IMG/VR virus record: IMGVR_UViG_3300003885_000004
Span: 1-52,649 of that record
DNA: 52,649 bases
Strand: one strand, 5' to 3'
Source of the DNA: a virus
Lineage: Duplodnaviria; Caudoviricetes
Made by a program: the position numbers and the translations under genes. The notes below the pieces were generated by a model. That model worked only from the letters and a program-made list of their open reading frames with translations. It made no database searches and was not told the DNA's origin. Positions 27,063 to 37,234 of the stretch are shown in pieces. Positions within the stretch are counted from its first letter, which is position 1. Every line of letters starts with the position of its first letter.

Positions 27063-28451
27063 CTATACAAATTCCATAATAGCATCATCATTGAACAACA
27101 TATCAGCGTCATCATTGAACACCATATTACCACCACCAGACGCTAGTGAGAAGACGGAGCCTCCGTCTCTTGCTAAAACGTATCACGTACCACCATTAGG
27201 TGTACCTAACTCCGAGACAGTATTTCCTGGGTCCTGAGGGATACCATTAACCTCCATGAAAACCGGCCCCTCATCAGGGGCATTCCAAGATATAGAAATA
27301 CTTTTACAGCTCTTTGGTATTGCAGGGGCATTATCAGGTAAAGATATATTTATCTGGGCACTACCTCCGACAATAGGCAAATCCGCTAACCTAGCATATC
27401 CCCAGCTAAAAGTTTCAAATCCAGGTTCAGCACTAGGATAAATCAACCGAGCTATGAGTCTACAATTAGCGTCTCGGCATTCAACAATAGGCCGCCCTTT
27501 GGACGGAGGAGTCATAGCATTGTCTACGTCTACACATAACGTAAGAGCACCAAATAGCTCACTAGCCCCAGATATTAAAGACTTAGGGGCCTCACAAGCG
27601 TTCATCGCCCTCTGACCACCACATGAACAGGTACAAGCACCAGAGGGTATGTCTAAAACACAACCACAAGGCGGACATGTGAGATCAGAACAACCACTAA
27701 TCCCTGTAAATCCGCCAGGTAATCCGCTAGGTAAATCTTTTGAACACTCTAAGGGACGTAAACATGTTGTACTGTACCCATCATTTAAATAAATTGGATC
27801 GTTAGTTATTATACCGGCACAAGGGGATGGCGGTACACACGTATAATTAGGCGTAACGCACTGCTCTTTGCAACCACCGGTTATTGGACCAAAGTCTATT
27901 ACGAATTCGTAAGTACCTCCAGGAGCCAAGTCAGGAGAAGTCTCGGTATTAGCAGTAAGCAGAGGAAAAGGACATTCTGGTTCAGTTGGAAATTCAAACC
28001 CTAGTGAAAACGAGGGCTGGCGTAACTCTACATTTATGTTGTTTGATCCAGGAAGATTATCATTACATACAGTAATCTTAACTCTGAAATTTGGAGCATT
28101 CGGAAATGCCGGATCACAAGGACAAAACACATCCTCTAGAGGTATGTCTAATCCAAACAAGCACCCCTGCATATTACGCCCGGAGGGAAAGTTCGCTTGC
28201 ACTTGTCCAATAGTATTAGTTATGTCGTTAAATGTACTCCAGTCTGCGCTAATCTGAGAATTACAGAGATTCTCAATCGTCATACGTTTAACTACTGCGC
28301 CAGTAAGAGGACCCCCAGCTATTTCTGCAACAAAGAAATCTGCTTGTACGCCAATATTTCTAATGCAGCAAGGGTAATGATCTCTACAGCTATCATCTCC
28401 GCAGCAATTAGTGCAAGGAGATGTATTCTTAGCCCAAGGTAGTTGTGCCAT
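27063..28451 (-). CDS. Cys-rich tail protein (30 Cys); first stop is TGA at 27183, with a probable readthrough extension to TAG at 27063
   Basis: 422-aa ORF is secure; the 39-codon in-frame extension ends 5 nt before the next ATG. Confidence 0.7.
27152..27168 (-). promoter_or_regulatory. candidate SECIS-like hairpin AGACGGA-GGC-UCCGUCU
   Basis: Apical loop 21 nt downstream of the in-frame UGA. Confidence 0.45.
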
Positions 28452-28454
28452 TGT

Positions 28455-28526
28455 ATGTCATATATGCTATGGTGTTGTGATGTTATGGTGTTATGGCTGT
28501 GATGCTGTGGTTATGGTGTTATAATG
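28455..28526. repeat. degenerate TGTTATGG/TGTGATG short tandem repeats
   Basis: Intergenic low-complexity repeats. Confidence 0.6.
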
Positions 28527-29621
28527 TTATGGCGGGCAGCAAACGACATCGACATAGGGGACGCCATCAATGAATTTGCCCTGTATACGCTGATCCATAA
28601 CAACAGGAACACCACAATGATTGTACGTTTGTATCTCTACAGGCTGACCACCGGAATCCAGTATATCTATGAAGGTCGCAGTTCCATCTAATTTCTGTAG
28701 CCTAACGTTAGGGCCAGCAGTAGTCCCGGCAGTACCACCAGGGTTTGTAGTCGGTGTACCAGCAGGTATTGTAGCTATAGTCCAACCTATAAAGCCCACC
28801 TCAGAGTTAAGAACTATTGCCATCATACCGATTCCACTATAGGAATGGCACGCAACAACTGTATCTTTTAGAATCGTCTGTGGAGAAACATTAAAAACAG
28901 GGTCTAATAGGAAAAATGGTCCTGCGGCATTTGGATCAGCCGCTTCAAAAAGAATATTACTTGCTGGCCCTCTAGCATAAATCCTTACACTACCTTCACC
29001 CATTACCAAATTTACACCATCGTAAGGTGTCAGCTCGGTCTCTACTGCGCCTAATAGTCCATTAGTCTGTGCCAAACTAACCCATACGCCCTTAACACCT
29101 AACTTAGTCTCTGAGGGAGAAAAGCATACAAATCCTGCATTACGTTCGTCTACTGAGAAACCATTAGTTCTAATTCCACACGGATACCCAATCTTAGGAT
29201 CAGGTCCAGAAAGGGAACAAAAATACCTACGACCCGGAACTATAGGATAAGCGTATCCTTCCCGATTAGCCTTTATAGGTACTTGTCCATTAGTATAATA
29301 ACTTAATAAAGAACCATCACCATTAACACTAGTGGTCCCTAACCTAGACACAAACATAGGGATAGGGTCTTTAGAATTTGTACTTGAACCAGTCCTAATC
29401 CCGAACACGCTAAAAGAGCCATAATCTTCAGGAGGCACTACAAAGATAGGGTCAGGGTCTACATATAGTTGAGTGTTTTGATATGTACCTGAGTCTGTGA
29501 CATGCCCAGCCTCTATCTTCATCTCCCTCTGTGCCATAGCCCTATAGGCATTCAAATCCTCATGTCTAATACCAAGATCGCCTTTAGAGTATTCTCGTAT
29601 TTGTGAAGGGTCTATGGCCAT
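28527..29621 (-). CDS. minor tail protein
   Basis: Position in the tail module. Confidence 0.65.
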   Translation of the reverse strand: MAIDPSQIREYSKGDLGIRHEDLNAYRAMAQREMKIEAGHVTDSGTYQNTQLYVDPDPIFVVPPEDYGSFSVFGIRTGSSTNSKDPIPMFVSRLGTTSVNGDGSLLSYYTNGQVPIKANREGYAYPIVPGRRYFCSLSGPDPKIGYPCGIRTNGFSVDERNAGFVCFSPSETKLGVKGVWVSLAQTNGLLGAVETELTPYDGVNLVMGEGSVRIYARGPASNILFEAADPNAAGPFFLLDPVFNVSPQTILKDTVVACHSYSGIGMMAIVLNSEVGFIGWTIATIPAGTPTTNPGGTAGTTAGPNVRLQKLDGTATFIDILDSGGQPVEIQTYNHCGVPVVMDQRIQGKFIDGVPYVDVVCCPP

Positions 29622-29623
29622 AC

Positions 29624-30484
29624 TTATCCATCCTCTTCTTCAACAGTTATTCCAAAACGGAATATTCGCGTCTTAGTCCAATCAGCAAGTGGATAGTTCT
29701 TAACAGCCGCTAGAGTGCCACCCTTATCGGTCACCATTTCCACATACCTGTTATCTACTGTCCGCCAATACTTGTTCCAAGTACCGGGCCTATACACCAA
29801 CCTTTGAACTACTTTTGCTATCTTCCCACCATTAGCCTTGCTCTGTATATCAATAGAAGGGTCAGAATACAACAAAGTCTCTGGAGCGGCTCCCCACCTT
29901 ATAACAGGTAGAATAAAAATATCCTTATTTACTGTACCTATAAAATCCAAATAATCATCATCAATAGGTACGGGTATTTCACTTAAAGTTCTAATAAGAA
30001 CCCAACCCGTTCTATAGAATCCCGGTGCCTCAGCAATCGAAACCTTATCGCCAAGGGTTGCTGGACCGGGAGGGTCTTCAGGATCAGCCGGCGGAACAGT
30101 TCCATTCCAATATACATGTTGTTCTGAGAGTTTAAGGAATTCAGAATTTGGCCTTACTTCCTCACGAACTAATCCGGTGAATGGAGAATTACTGTATTTA
30201 ACTGTAAGAATAGCATGTGCATAAACAATCTTTTCCCCAGTTAAGGTTTCTTCACATCCTTCAGGAACTACTGATATAGCAAAGGCCCTTGGCGGTCTAG
30301 CGAGTAATCTTGAATCTGGCCATTTTCTCCTATTATCTAATATATCCTCGACTACGTTGTTCCTTTGACTCCAGGGTGTTCTAAGGCGAACACTAGCACT
30401 AGTCGTACCTTGTACAGAGTCGAACTCCTCACGTGGAGAACCTTCCTCTTCCCACACATTAACTAGTTTTGAATAAAAGCCCAT
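29624..30484 (-). CDS. tail protein following the tape measure (distal tail/hub candidate)
   Basis: Synteny. Confidence 0.6.
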   Translation of the reverse strand: MGFYSKLVNVWEEEGSPREEFDSVQGTTSASVRLRTPWSQRNNVVEDILDNRRKWPDSRLLARPPRAFAISVVPEGCEETLTGEKIVYAHAILTVKYSNSPFTGLVREEVRPNSEFLKLSEQHVYWNGTVPPADPEDPPGPATLGDKVSIAEAPGFYRTGWVLIRTLSEIPVPIDDDYLDFIGTVNKDIFILPVIRWGAAPETLLYSDPSIDIQSKANGGKIAKVVQRLVYRPGTWNKYWRTVDNRYVEMVTDKGGTLAAVKNYPLADWTKTRIFRFGITVEEEDG

Positions 30485-30496
30485 TGTACAATATCG

Positions 30497-31735
30497 TTAA
30501 AATACAAGAATGCGTGATTGTGCCTCTGCCAACCGCTCATTTAGAGCATCTCTTTGTGACTTAGCTTGTTCTTCTTGTGTAATTCTCTCACGAGTAGCTC
30601 CCTCCAAACCTCCAATGGCATTGGTCAATTTTTCCTCATCATTCTCAATGCCTGCCTGCCTTCTTACTTCTTGAACTCTTCTATCTTCCGCAGCCTGCTC
30701 AATACTAAATGCGAAGTCTTCCAGAGGCGTAGCCAACCTTAAGTTCTTTTGTTTCTCCAACTCCTTAGTTACCTCTTTCTCTCTATTGACCCTACTGGTA
30801 TTCCCTCTCTCAGTTAATTCAAGAAACTTAACCCAATCCTGCACTATCTCATCGAATGCTTCTTGAGTACCAAACAATTGAACAATTATTGTCTGAATTA
30901 TCAGTCCGATAGCTTCCAAGATAGGCAACAATGCATTAGCTAGTATCTCTATTATACTGAGTATAGGTCGTATGATTGCAAGGACCATTTCAGCAAATGG
31001 AGCTAATGCCTGAAAAAGTTGTTCATTCAAGTTCTTAAGCCTGATGACTAGAGCATTAAGTTGTCCACCCAATGTCTTAGCTTGTGCCTCAGCTACACCT
31101 GAAAACCTAGATTCTACAGACTCAAGTATAACCTCTGCTGCCTTTGCAGTCTCACCTATTGCTACGAACCCTTCAACTAACTTTTTCTGAGACGCAGTTA
31201 ATTCAAGGCCGACTCTCTCCAATCTTTCAATACCTTTTATAGGTTGCTGTAGGGCCTTACCCAACCTAATAGTGGCACTAGTAACATCTGTGCCAAGAAC
31301 GGATGCCATGTCAAAAGCAGCTTTTGTAGCTCTTTGAAAGTTCTCTCCACTGATTTTATTGAAAGTAGAGAGCACACCTTGTACATTCAGGATTACCTCA
31401 TCCGATACAGATATGATATTCTGTAACTCTTTGGCTTGCTCTTTTAGTTGACTTGCAGTGAATCCCGAAGCATTACCTGTAGCCCTAAGAACCGACTCTA
31501 ACTGTACCTCTGCCCGTATCTGTTTGTCATACTGTGCAAACAACCTCTGGAAAGCACCTATAAGTCCATCAATAGCTCCTGTTACTTCTCCAACAGTAAG
31601 TGTAAGATGGTCTAATGCAAAACCAGCAAACCTAAGAACAGCACTCTCAGATTCCTTTAGAGAATCTAATAGGTCCTCATTTTCAGCTAACAAATGAACG
31701 ACTACACTAGCCGCAATACCTGCCACAGCAGCCAT
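30497..31735 (-). CDS. tape measure protein (short)
   Basis: AE.QL..VL.ATG.A.G.T...L...A..LQ...SDE, LGKAL..PI.G...L.RVG motifs; follows the chaperones. Confidence 0.85.
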   Translation of the reverse strand: MAAVAGIAASVVVHLLAENEDLLDSLKESESAVLRFAGFALDHLTLTVGEVTGAIDGLIGAFQRLFAQYDKQIRAEVQLESVLRATGNASGFTASQLKEQAKELQNIISVSDEVILNVQGVLSTFNKISGENFQRATKAAFDMASVLGTDVTSATIRLGKALQQPIKGIERLERVGLELTASQKKLVEGFVAIGETAKAAEVILESVESRFSGVAEAQAKTLGGQLNALVIRLKNLNEQLFQALAPFAEMVLAIIRPILSIIEILANALLPILEAIGLIIQTIIVQLFGTQEAFDEIVQDWVKFLELTERGNTSRVNREKEVTKELEKQKNLRLATPLEDFAFSIEQAAEDRRVQEVRRQAGIENDEEKLTNAIGGLEGATRERITQEEQAKSQRDALNERLAEAQSRILVF

Positions 31736-31737
31736 GA

Positions 31738-32411
31738 TTACACCTGTCTCCTAGCAACCCACTTATTAGGGGTATTAGCAATAGCTTTGCTCCTTTGTTT
31801 CTCTATCTCTAGCAACTTATCTATCACTATGCCATGTTCCCCAGGAGTCATCTCCCGTATTTGCTCAAACGTCCAACCACAACTAGAAGCAAGGAATGTA
31901 TACAACATCTGCTTACTATCTAAGAATTCATCGTATGATCTTTTTCTTTGTTCAAAGCTTTTCTCTTCTTTTTTTTTATACCAACAGACTCGCTAACCTC
32001 CTCCCCATTCTTCTCAGAAGCCGGAACTAGCTGATTCATTTTCACAACTAGATCATCAATCACCTCTGACTTGCTCATTTCTTCCATCAGCATATCTGAT
32101 GTCAAATTTGGATGACTTTTCTTTGCTAACTTGCATAACAAGAATGTCATACCATCAACAGTTCTGATATGTTTGAGACCTAACTCTGATCTAAAGAAAG
32201 CGACTGATGCCTCTCTAACAGCTATAGATAAGATTAGTTCTCTAGAGTCAGAAGGTAGGGTCTTAGAAGCCCTATCAGCTATGGTGATTATTCTTTCCTG
32301 TATGAAAGAATCTATCTCTGAAATAGATTCATCAGAAAGAGTAGAGAGAGTTAGGTCTAGTTCACCGATTTTGAATTGTATGGTCTTGTTACTTCGCACA
32401 TCTATAGTCAT
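31738..32411 (-). CDS. tail assembly chaperone GT (via -1 frameshift at the A9 run 31969-31977)
   Basis: -1 frame gives ...GWTFEQIREMTP...RRQV-TAA ending 2 nt before the TMP ATG. Confidence 0.8.
31920..32411 (-). CDS. tail assembly chaperone G
   Basis: Between major tail and TMP genes; slippery site near the 3' end. Confidence 0.8.
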   Translation of the reverse strand: MTIDVRSNKTIQFKIGELDLTLSTLSDESISEIDSFIQERIITIADRASKTLPSDSRELILSIAVREASVAFFRSELGLKHIRTVDGMTFLLCKLAKKSHPNLTSDMLMEEMSKSEVIDDLVVKMNQLVPASEKNGEEVSESVGIKKKKRKALNKEKDHTMNS

Positions 32412-32458
32412 AAGTGTCCCAATGTTGAAGTGTAAAAGTGTATAAAGTATTCAAAGCA

Positions 32459-33370
32459 TTAGGGGGTAGGGGTAGGCCACCAAACAGGGGTGCCTCCAGG
32501 AAAAACGATCTGTCCTGTAAGTCCCCCATTAAAAGCTTGCATTTCAAAACTCTTGTCAAACCCGACTATAGTGCTAGGAGAACTTTGAATATCCCCTTGT
32601 ATGTTGGTATGATCCTTCATTATAGCCCACTTTAATAGCCAGAATAGAGCAGCATCAGTATACATCCTAAGTTGATAATCTACCCCTGAATCAATCTCTA
32701 ATGTAGTATTAGGTCCCCCTACATTAAGAACTTGTTGCATCGTCTCTTGCCTACTCATACCAAGTGTAAAATCTATACCACCGGGTAAAGACTCCTTAGC
32801 ACAATTAGTATTACTATTTGCATATTGAGTATTAGCTGCTGTAAATGTTAGAGCCGCAGACGTTAAATTCTCTAATTCAAAGAATTCTGTAGCTGCCGCA
32901 TCAGATATCTCTATCTTAGTGGGGCAAACATCATTAACATTCACTGCTGTAGTATCAGGAGTAAAATCAGCGTCATACGCACGAGAAAGAGGGCCTATAC
33001 CTGTAAACGACACTGTATGCATCATTGGGTCCTGAGTTTCCCAATTCCAATTGACCACCACTTGGTCAATTATGATATCTCCAGTATAAATAGTACCCTT
33101 CATAGTAGTAGGGTTGTACACCCCATCATCTGGACCTAAGAAAAACTGTTGAGCAACTACTATATCCTTAGGCATCAACTGAGGTATTGCACCCAGAGCT
33201 GAATAAGTACCACTAAACCCAAATATCCCTTTGTTTCTGCCAGTAGCTCCAGCAGTATTCGACGCCTTGTACGATTTTGTCTCTCTGTTCTCACTAAGAG
33301 AAAAACTCAATACTGACGAGATACCGGCAACACTTCCAAAGTCACCAGATATGATATTACTGATACCCAT
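32459..33370 (-). CDS. major tail (tube) protein
   Basis: Synteny; beta-rich, SFTGIG motif. Confidence 0.7.
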   Translation of the reverse strand: MGISNIISGDFGSVAGISSVLSFSLSENRETKSYKASNTAGATGRNKGIFGFSGTYSALGAIPQLMPKDIVVAQQFFLGPDDGVYNPTTMKGTIYTGDIIIDQVVVNWNWETQDPMMHTVSFTGIGPLSRAYDADFTPDTTAVNVNDVCPTKIEISDAAATEFFELENLTSAALTFTAANTQYANSNTNCAKESLPGGIDFTLGMSRQETMQQVLNVGGPNTTLEIDSGVDYQLRMYTDAALFWLLKWAIMKDHTNIQGDIQSSPSTIVGFDKSFEMQAFNGGLTGQIVFPGGTPVWWPTPTP

Positions 33371-33380
33371 AAGTATATCC

Positions 33381-33920
33381 TTAAGGTAATTCGTTAGCTA
33401 ATTGCAAAGCCACGTCAGATGTCCTAAACGACATTCCAACAACAAACCGCATTAGGTTAGCCCAACCTCTTTTTCGTACTTGTCCCTGAAGATCATCTAC
33501 TTCAGAAACTCCTACGGTATCACCCTGTATATTCACAGACGTGATAAAAGAATTTCCTTGCCATTGTAAAGAACCAAGGTTATTACGCCAATCCACAAGA
33601 GTACCGAAGAGCATCCATTGTACTTGAGCTAAGAATTCGGTGTATCGAAAATCACCTGTAGACCCACGAACACCGTATGCAACAGCTATACTAGTAGAAT
33701 TAGATGTTGCCTTTATGTTGCCCGTTATACCCTCAGGAGCAATTAGTATCTCAGGAACATCGAAGGTAGAAATGTTGTCTTTGTGAGGGTCTCTGTCTTG
33801 ATCGTATCTTATTCGATTCCCAACTACAACTAACTTGTCAATCTCAGAACGAGCCTCTATGATGTTCCATAGCTCAGTATACACCATAGTGAACGGATTA
33901 GTTGCATAGAATTCTGTCAT
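33381..33920 (-). CDS. tail terminator / completion protein
   Basis: Synteny. Confidence 0.55.
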   Translation of the reverse strand: MTEFYATNPFTMVYTELWNIIEARSEIDKLVVVGNRIRYDQDRDPHKDNISTFDVPEILIAPEGITGNIKATSNSTSIAVAYGVRGSTGDFRYTEFLAQVQWMLFGTLVDWRNNLGSLQWQGNSFITSVNIQGDTVGVSEVDDLQGQVRKRGWANLMRFVVGMSFRTSDVALQLANELP

Positions 33921-34447
33921 TTACTCAGTTTGTTTTTCTTGGCTATCTTGTCCAAGGCTTTCTTTATATCAGTAGATAGGTCTCTGTTAAGACTTGCTGT
34001 AGGTTGTATCATAACTAACCTACGTGGATTGTTACCGATACCCTCATGGTGATACTCAGCAAGTTGACCTACAGTTATTGGACTAGCGGGGTGTTTACCT
34101 GGACCACCAACACCCACAGCTATTCCATTAGACACAAACTGTTGAAACTGCCCAGGCAATCCCTTGAATACTGGTGTAAACGCCCTAAGAAGAGTATCAG
34201 TATCCCTGAGAATTAGGTTACTACCCTTTTTGTCTCTTGTACTCTTAGACGTTTTTCTCCAGTTACCACCACCCCTAGAAAACTTCTTAAAACGAACAAA
34301 AAGAAACTTCCTATACTTCTGCGCCCACTTTTCGTATACACCTTTGAATTCAGCAGTACCTTTACGCAACTCTTTCGTTACAGCCTTTTCGTACCTCTTC
34401 CATCCTGTAAGGTTATTTGTAACGTTAGAATCAATAAACTTAGCCAT
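33917..34447 (-). CDS. virion morphogenesis protein (Mu gpG-like neck/tail completion)
   Basis: GG.W...S.ST...K....ILRDT..L, A.YH.EG; start ATG 34447. Confidence 0.7.
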   Translation of the reverse strand: MAKFIDSNVTNNLTGWKRYEKAVTKELRKGTAEFKGVYEKWAQKYRKFLFVRFKKFSRGGGNWRKTSKSTRDKKGSNLILRDTDTLLRAFTPVFKGLPGQFQQFVSNGIAVGVGGPGKHPASPITVGQLAEYHHEGIGNNPRRLVMIQPTASLNRDLSTDIKKALDKIAKKNKLSK

Positions 34448-34452
34448 TGTAA

Positions 34453-35499
34453 TTACGCACCCATACGGACTTCCACGATGCAAGCAGGTCTCTGGGTAAC
34501 AAACATCGGGTTTGAATTAGTATGCAAGTCCACACGGGTATTCCACTTGTCCCGTGTCTGCTTGACATAGATATCCCGACCCTTAGTGTTTACCGTCTCA
34601 ATAAACGGAGCAGGAGCATTGTATCTCTTAAATACATTGCGAGTACCAATAGGAAATACATAAGCAATGGGATCACCAGGAACAGTCGGATGCTCGATAT
34701 ATGCAATATCGGTAACCGTAAGCCCCGACTCAACTGACCGCACATTCCGGTACTCTTCCCACATAATACCGTGGATGTCTACCGAATTGTATGCCTGTTG
34801 CTCACGCAAGAATTGACCGTCCTGCCAACGAGCATAAGCTTCTTTGACACCAATATGAGCAGCAAATAAGTCCATGAAACCTTCGTTGCAAAACGCATGC
34901 ATTCCGGTAAAGGATTCACCACCTAGAGCATCAATGATGTGCCTACGTGCTTGCATTGCGACTGTCTTAGGCCCATCCAAATCGACTGCGCTAATGGTAA
35001 GAACCTTTTTAGTAATACCAAATTGGGTAAACCAATCAGTCACCACCGTGCCATCAGCATCAAGAATCTGGCCACTAAGACATTTAGCCATGTGCCATTC
35101 CCAAGTAGCACCTTGGTCTGCCTTTAGTTGTTCCAACTTATCTGCAACCAGAGTAGAGACAGCCTCCATCTTGCCAGCAGAATTAAACTGACGAATGTTT
35201 GCCACATCATCTGCCATGATAGCATCATTCTTTGGCAAATGCGGAACCTCAAACAGTTTTGCTGTACGAGTACGAGCAGTGTCATACTCAGGCATAGCAC
35301 CTCTAGCTCCAATAGGAACTAGGGTAAGCTTACCTCGCCGTTCCTCTATCTTTACAGTGGTGTTGAATACACCCTCTGTACGAAACAGATTCATACCGCC
35401 AATTCTACCAGGGACATAGGGTAGCTTGTCTATACCCTCTGTCAGAGAGACCATACCAAAAGCGTTGCTATTAAATACATCAAGAACTGAAGCGGCCAT
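34453..35499 (-). CDS. major capsid protein (lambda gpE-like, HK97 fold)
   Basis: DVF.S.AF...SLT..I.KLPYVP.RIG...LF, T.EW....L.G.ILDADG, APA..IETVNT.G, SNP....RP. Confidence 0.92.
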   Translation of the reverse strand: MAASVLDVFNSNAFGMVSLTEGIDKLPYVPGRIGGMNLFRTEGVFNTTVKIEERRGKLTLVPIGARGAMPEYDTARTRTAKLFEVPHLPKNDAIMADDVANIRQFNSAGKMEAVSTLVADKLEQLKADQGATWEWHMAKCLSGQILDADGTVVTDWFTQFGITKKVLTISAVDLDGPKTVAMQARRHIIDALGGESFTGMHAFCNEGFMDLFAAHIGVKEAYARWQDGQFLREQQAYNSVDIHGIMWEEYRNVRSVESGLTVTDIAYIEHPTVPGDPIAYVFPIGTRNVFKRYNAPAPFIETVNTKGRDIYVKQTRDKWNTRVDLHTNSNPMFVTQRPACIVEVRMGA

Positions 35500-35550
35500 A
35501 GTGTATCTCCGTACAAAGGATATTTGTTTGTGAATTACTGAATTGCTGAA

Positions 35551-35976
35551 TTATGTGACTTGTTCGCTACCCATAGCACTCTTACCTGGACGAGAGATAA
35601 TCCCTACAGCAGCAAGAGCAGTAACTATAGCTGCAATATCTAGACCGCCACCCAATGGGTCAGTTACACTTAGGGCAGATTCCCAAATCACACCACTTCT
35701 AGCGAGAATGGGATACAACTTCGTAGTCTGTCCAGCAGCGGCAAGAGTAACGATTCCCTGCTCTGCAACAATACCATTAGCTGCTGCTTCGCCAGCACCT
35801 TCAACCAATGTTGCAACACCAGCAGCAACAGCAACAGGTCTACCGCCGATTTCAACATCGGTATACAGACCACCACCACCATTCCTCAGAACTGCTTCAT
35901 CCAGAGAGTATTCTGAACTCTCAAAATACTTTACAACGTCCCCTGCCACTTTCCCCTTAACTAATGATGTAGCCAT
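35551..35976 (-). CDS. head decoration protein
   Basis: GDVVKY....YS, C-terminal AL.A.GII; lies between protease and MCP. Confidence 0.75.
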   Translation of the reverse strand: MATSLVKGKVAGDVVKYFESSEYSLDEAVLRNGGGGLYTDVEIGGRPVAVAAGVATLVEGAGEAAANGIVAEQGIVTLAAAGQTTKLYPILARSGVIWESALSVTDPLGGGLDIAAIVTALAAVGIISRPGKSAMGSEQVT

Positions 35977-36033
35977 CCTTTATTCCTCTATGTTTGGTAC
36001 TTGATGTTTTGAAACTAGCTAACTAAGAAGCCA

Positions 36034-37158
36034 TTAAGAAGCCATAGCCTTAGCACGCTTCTCAACTTCGGCTGCAAAGACATTCTTTGTTGGGTCACTG
36101 ACGTCTGAATTTGAGAGTGTAAGTGAATCCCCACGGTTCTGAGGACGTGTCTCCCCATTCTCGTCTGTGAATAGAGTCTCTGATAGGCCCAACTTCTCAT
36201 TTTTCACCCACCACTCAAAGTCATCGGTACTAGACTCAGAGGATAAGGAAAGAACCATGCAAGGCTTTGAACAATACTTATCACTAGCATTCTTAGCCTG
36301 CGCAGAACTAATGAAACCTTCACGAAGAAGATCATCAATCTTGTGCTGACGATTCTCAGTACCCATACCAAGGATGCTTGCAGAGATAACCGGCAGGTTC
36401 TTCTTTGCAGGAATTTGTTTGGTTAGACTCTCAACTTCCTTCTCCAAGAGAGAAGTTTTTTCTTTCAAGGAAGAAGATTCTTTTTGCAAAGAAGAAAAAG
36501 CACCAACAATTCCTTCGGAGGTAACCTTGTCATCTTGCTTTTCCTTAACCTCTATACCTAGAGACTTAGCAAGAGCCGATAGTGAAATTGTATCTGCCAT
36601 GTCAATATCCTTACTTTTGAAGAAATCTTTAGTGAAAACGGGAGTAGCATTAAGACTTGCAGCAATCTCTGTAAACTTATCCATACCAGGTAAGACGGGA
36701 TAGTTAGTGAAAGCTACATGGGTTATTGGCAAGTGGTGGTGTTTTTTCTTAACAGGAGTTATCATCTCCCGTTCTACATAGATTGAAGTTTGAGAATCGC
36801 ATAAATCTCTTGCCGCAGTTTCATTCTTAAACTTAACCTTTCCAAACAGACCAACGCGGCCTTTTGAATCCGTCTTTTTAAAATATGATAACGCTGTAGC
36901 CCTTTTCTTCTCTGGATTGTCTTTATTGATATGCTCCAGAGGCATGGGAACCTCTATATGCTCAGACAACAGAGAATCTTGAACATCAACCCAATGGTCT
37001 ATAGCTTGCTCCGTTATTTCAAATTCAATGTCATCAGCAGCTTTGTAAAACTGTCCCACGTATGCGAACTGTTTATCATACACCAATGATTCATTGTCCA
37101 CCTTAGATAGTTTGAAACTATCACAATCACTAGGCGTAGGTATAATCCAATTCAGCAT
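36034..37158 (-). CDS. Mu-like prohead protease/scaffold
   Basis: VPMPLEH, THVAFTNYPVLPGM; coiled-coil scaffold C-terminus. Confidence 0.8.
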   Translation of the reverse strand: MLNWIIPTPSDCDSFKLSKVDNESLVYDKQFAYVGQFYKAADDIEFEITEQAIDHWVDVQDSLLSEHIEVPMPLEHINKDNPEKKRATALSYFKKTDSKGRVGLFGKVKFKNETAARDLCDSQTSIYVEREMITPVKKKHHHLPITHVAFTNYPVLPGMDKFTEIAASLNATPVFTKDFFKSKDIDMADTISLSALAKSLGIEVKEKQDDKVTSEGIVGAFSSLQKESSSLKEKTSLLEKEVESLTKQIPAKKNLPVISASILGMGTENRQHKIDDLLREGFISSAQAKNASDKYCSKPCMVLSLSSESSTDDFEWWVKNEKLGLSETLFTDENGETRPQNRGDSLTLSNSDVSDPTKNVFAAEVEKRAKAMAS

Positions 37159-37234
37159 AGCACACTCCTCTACTATCTATATACCGGTTTTTCACTGAAA
37201 TTGACAAACCATTTTAATAATTAGTCAAAGCACC

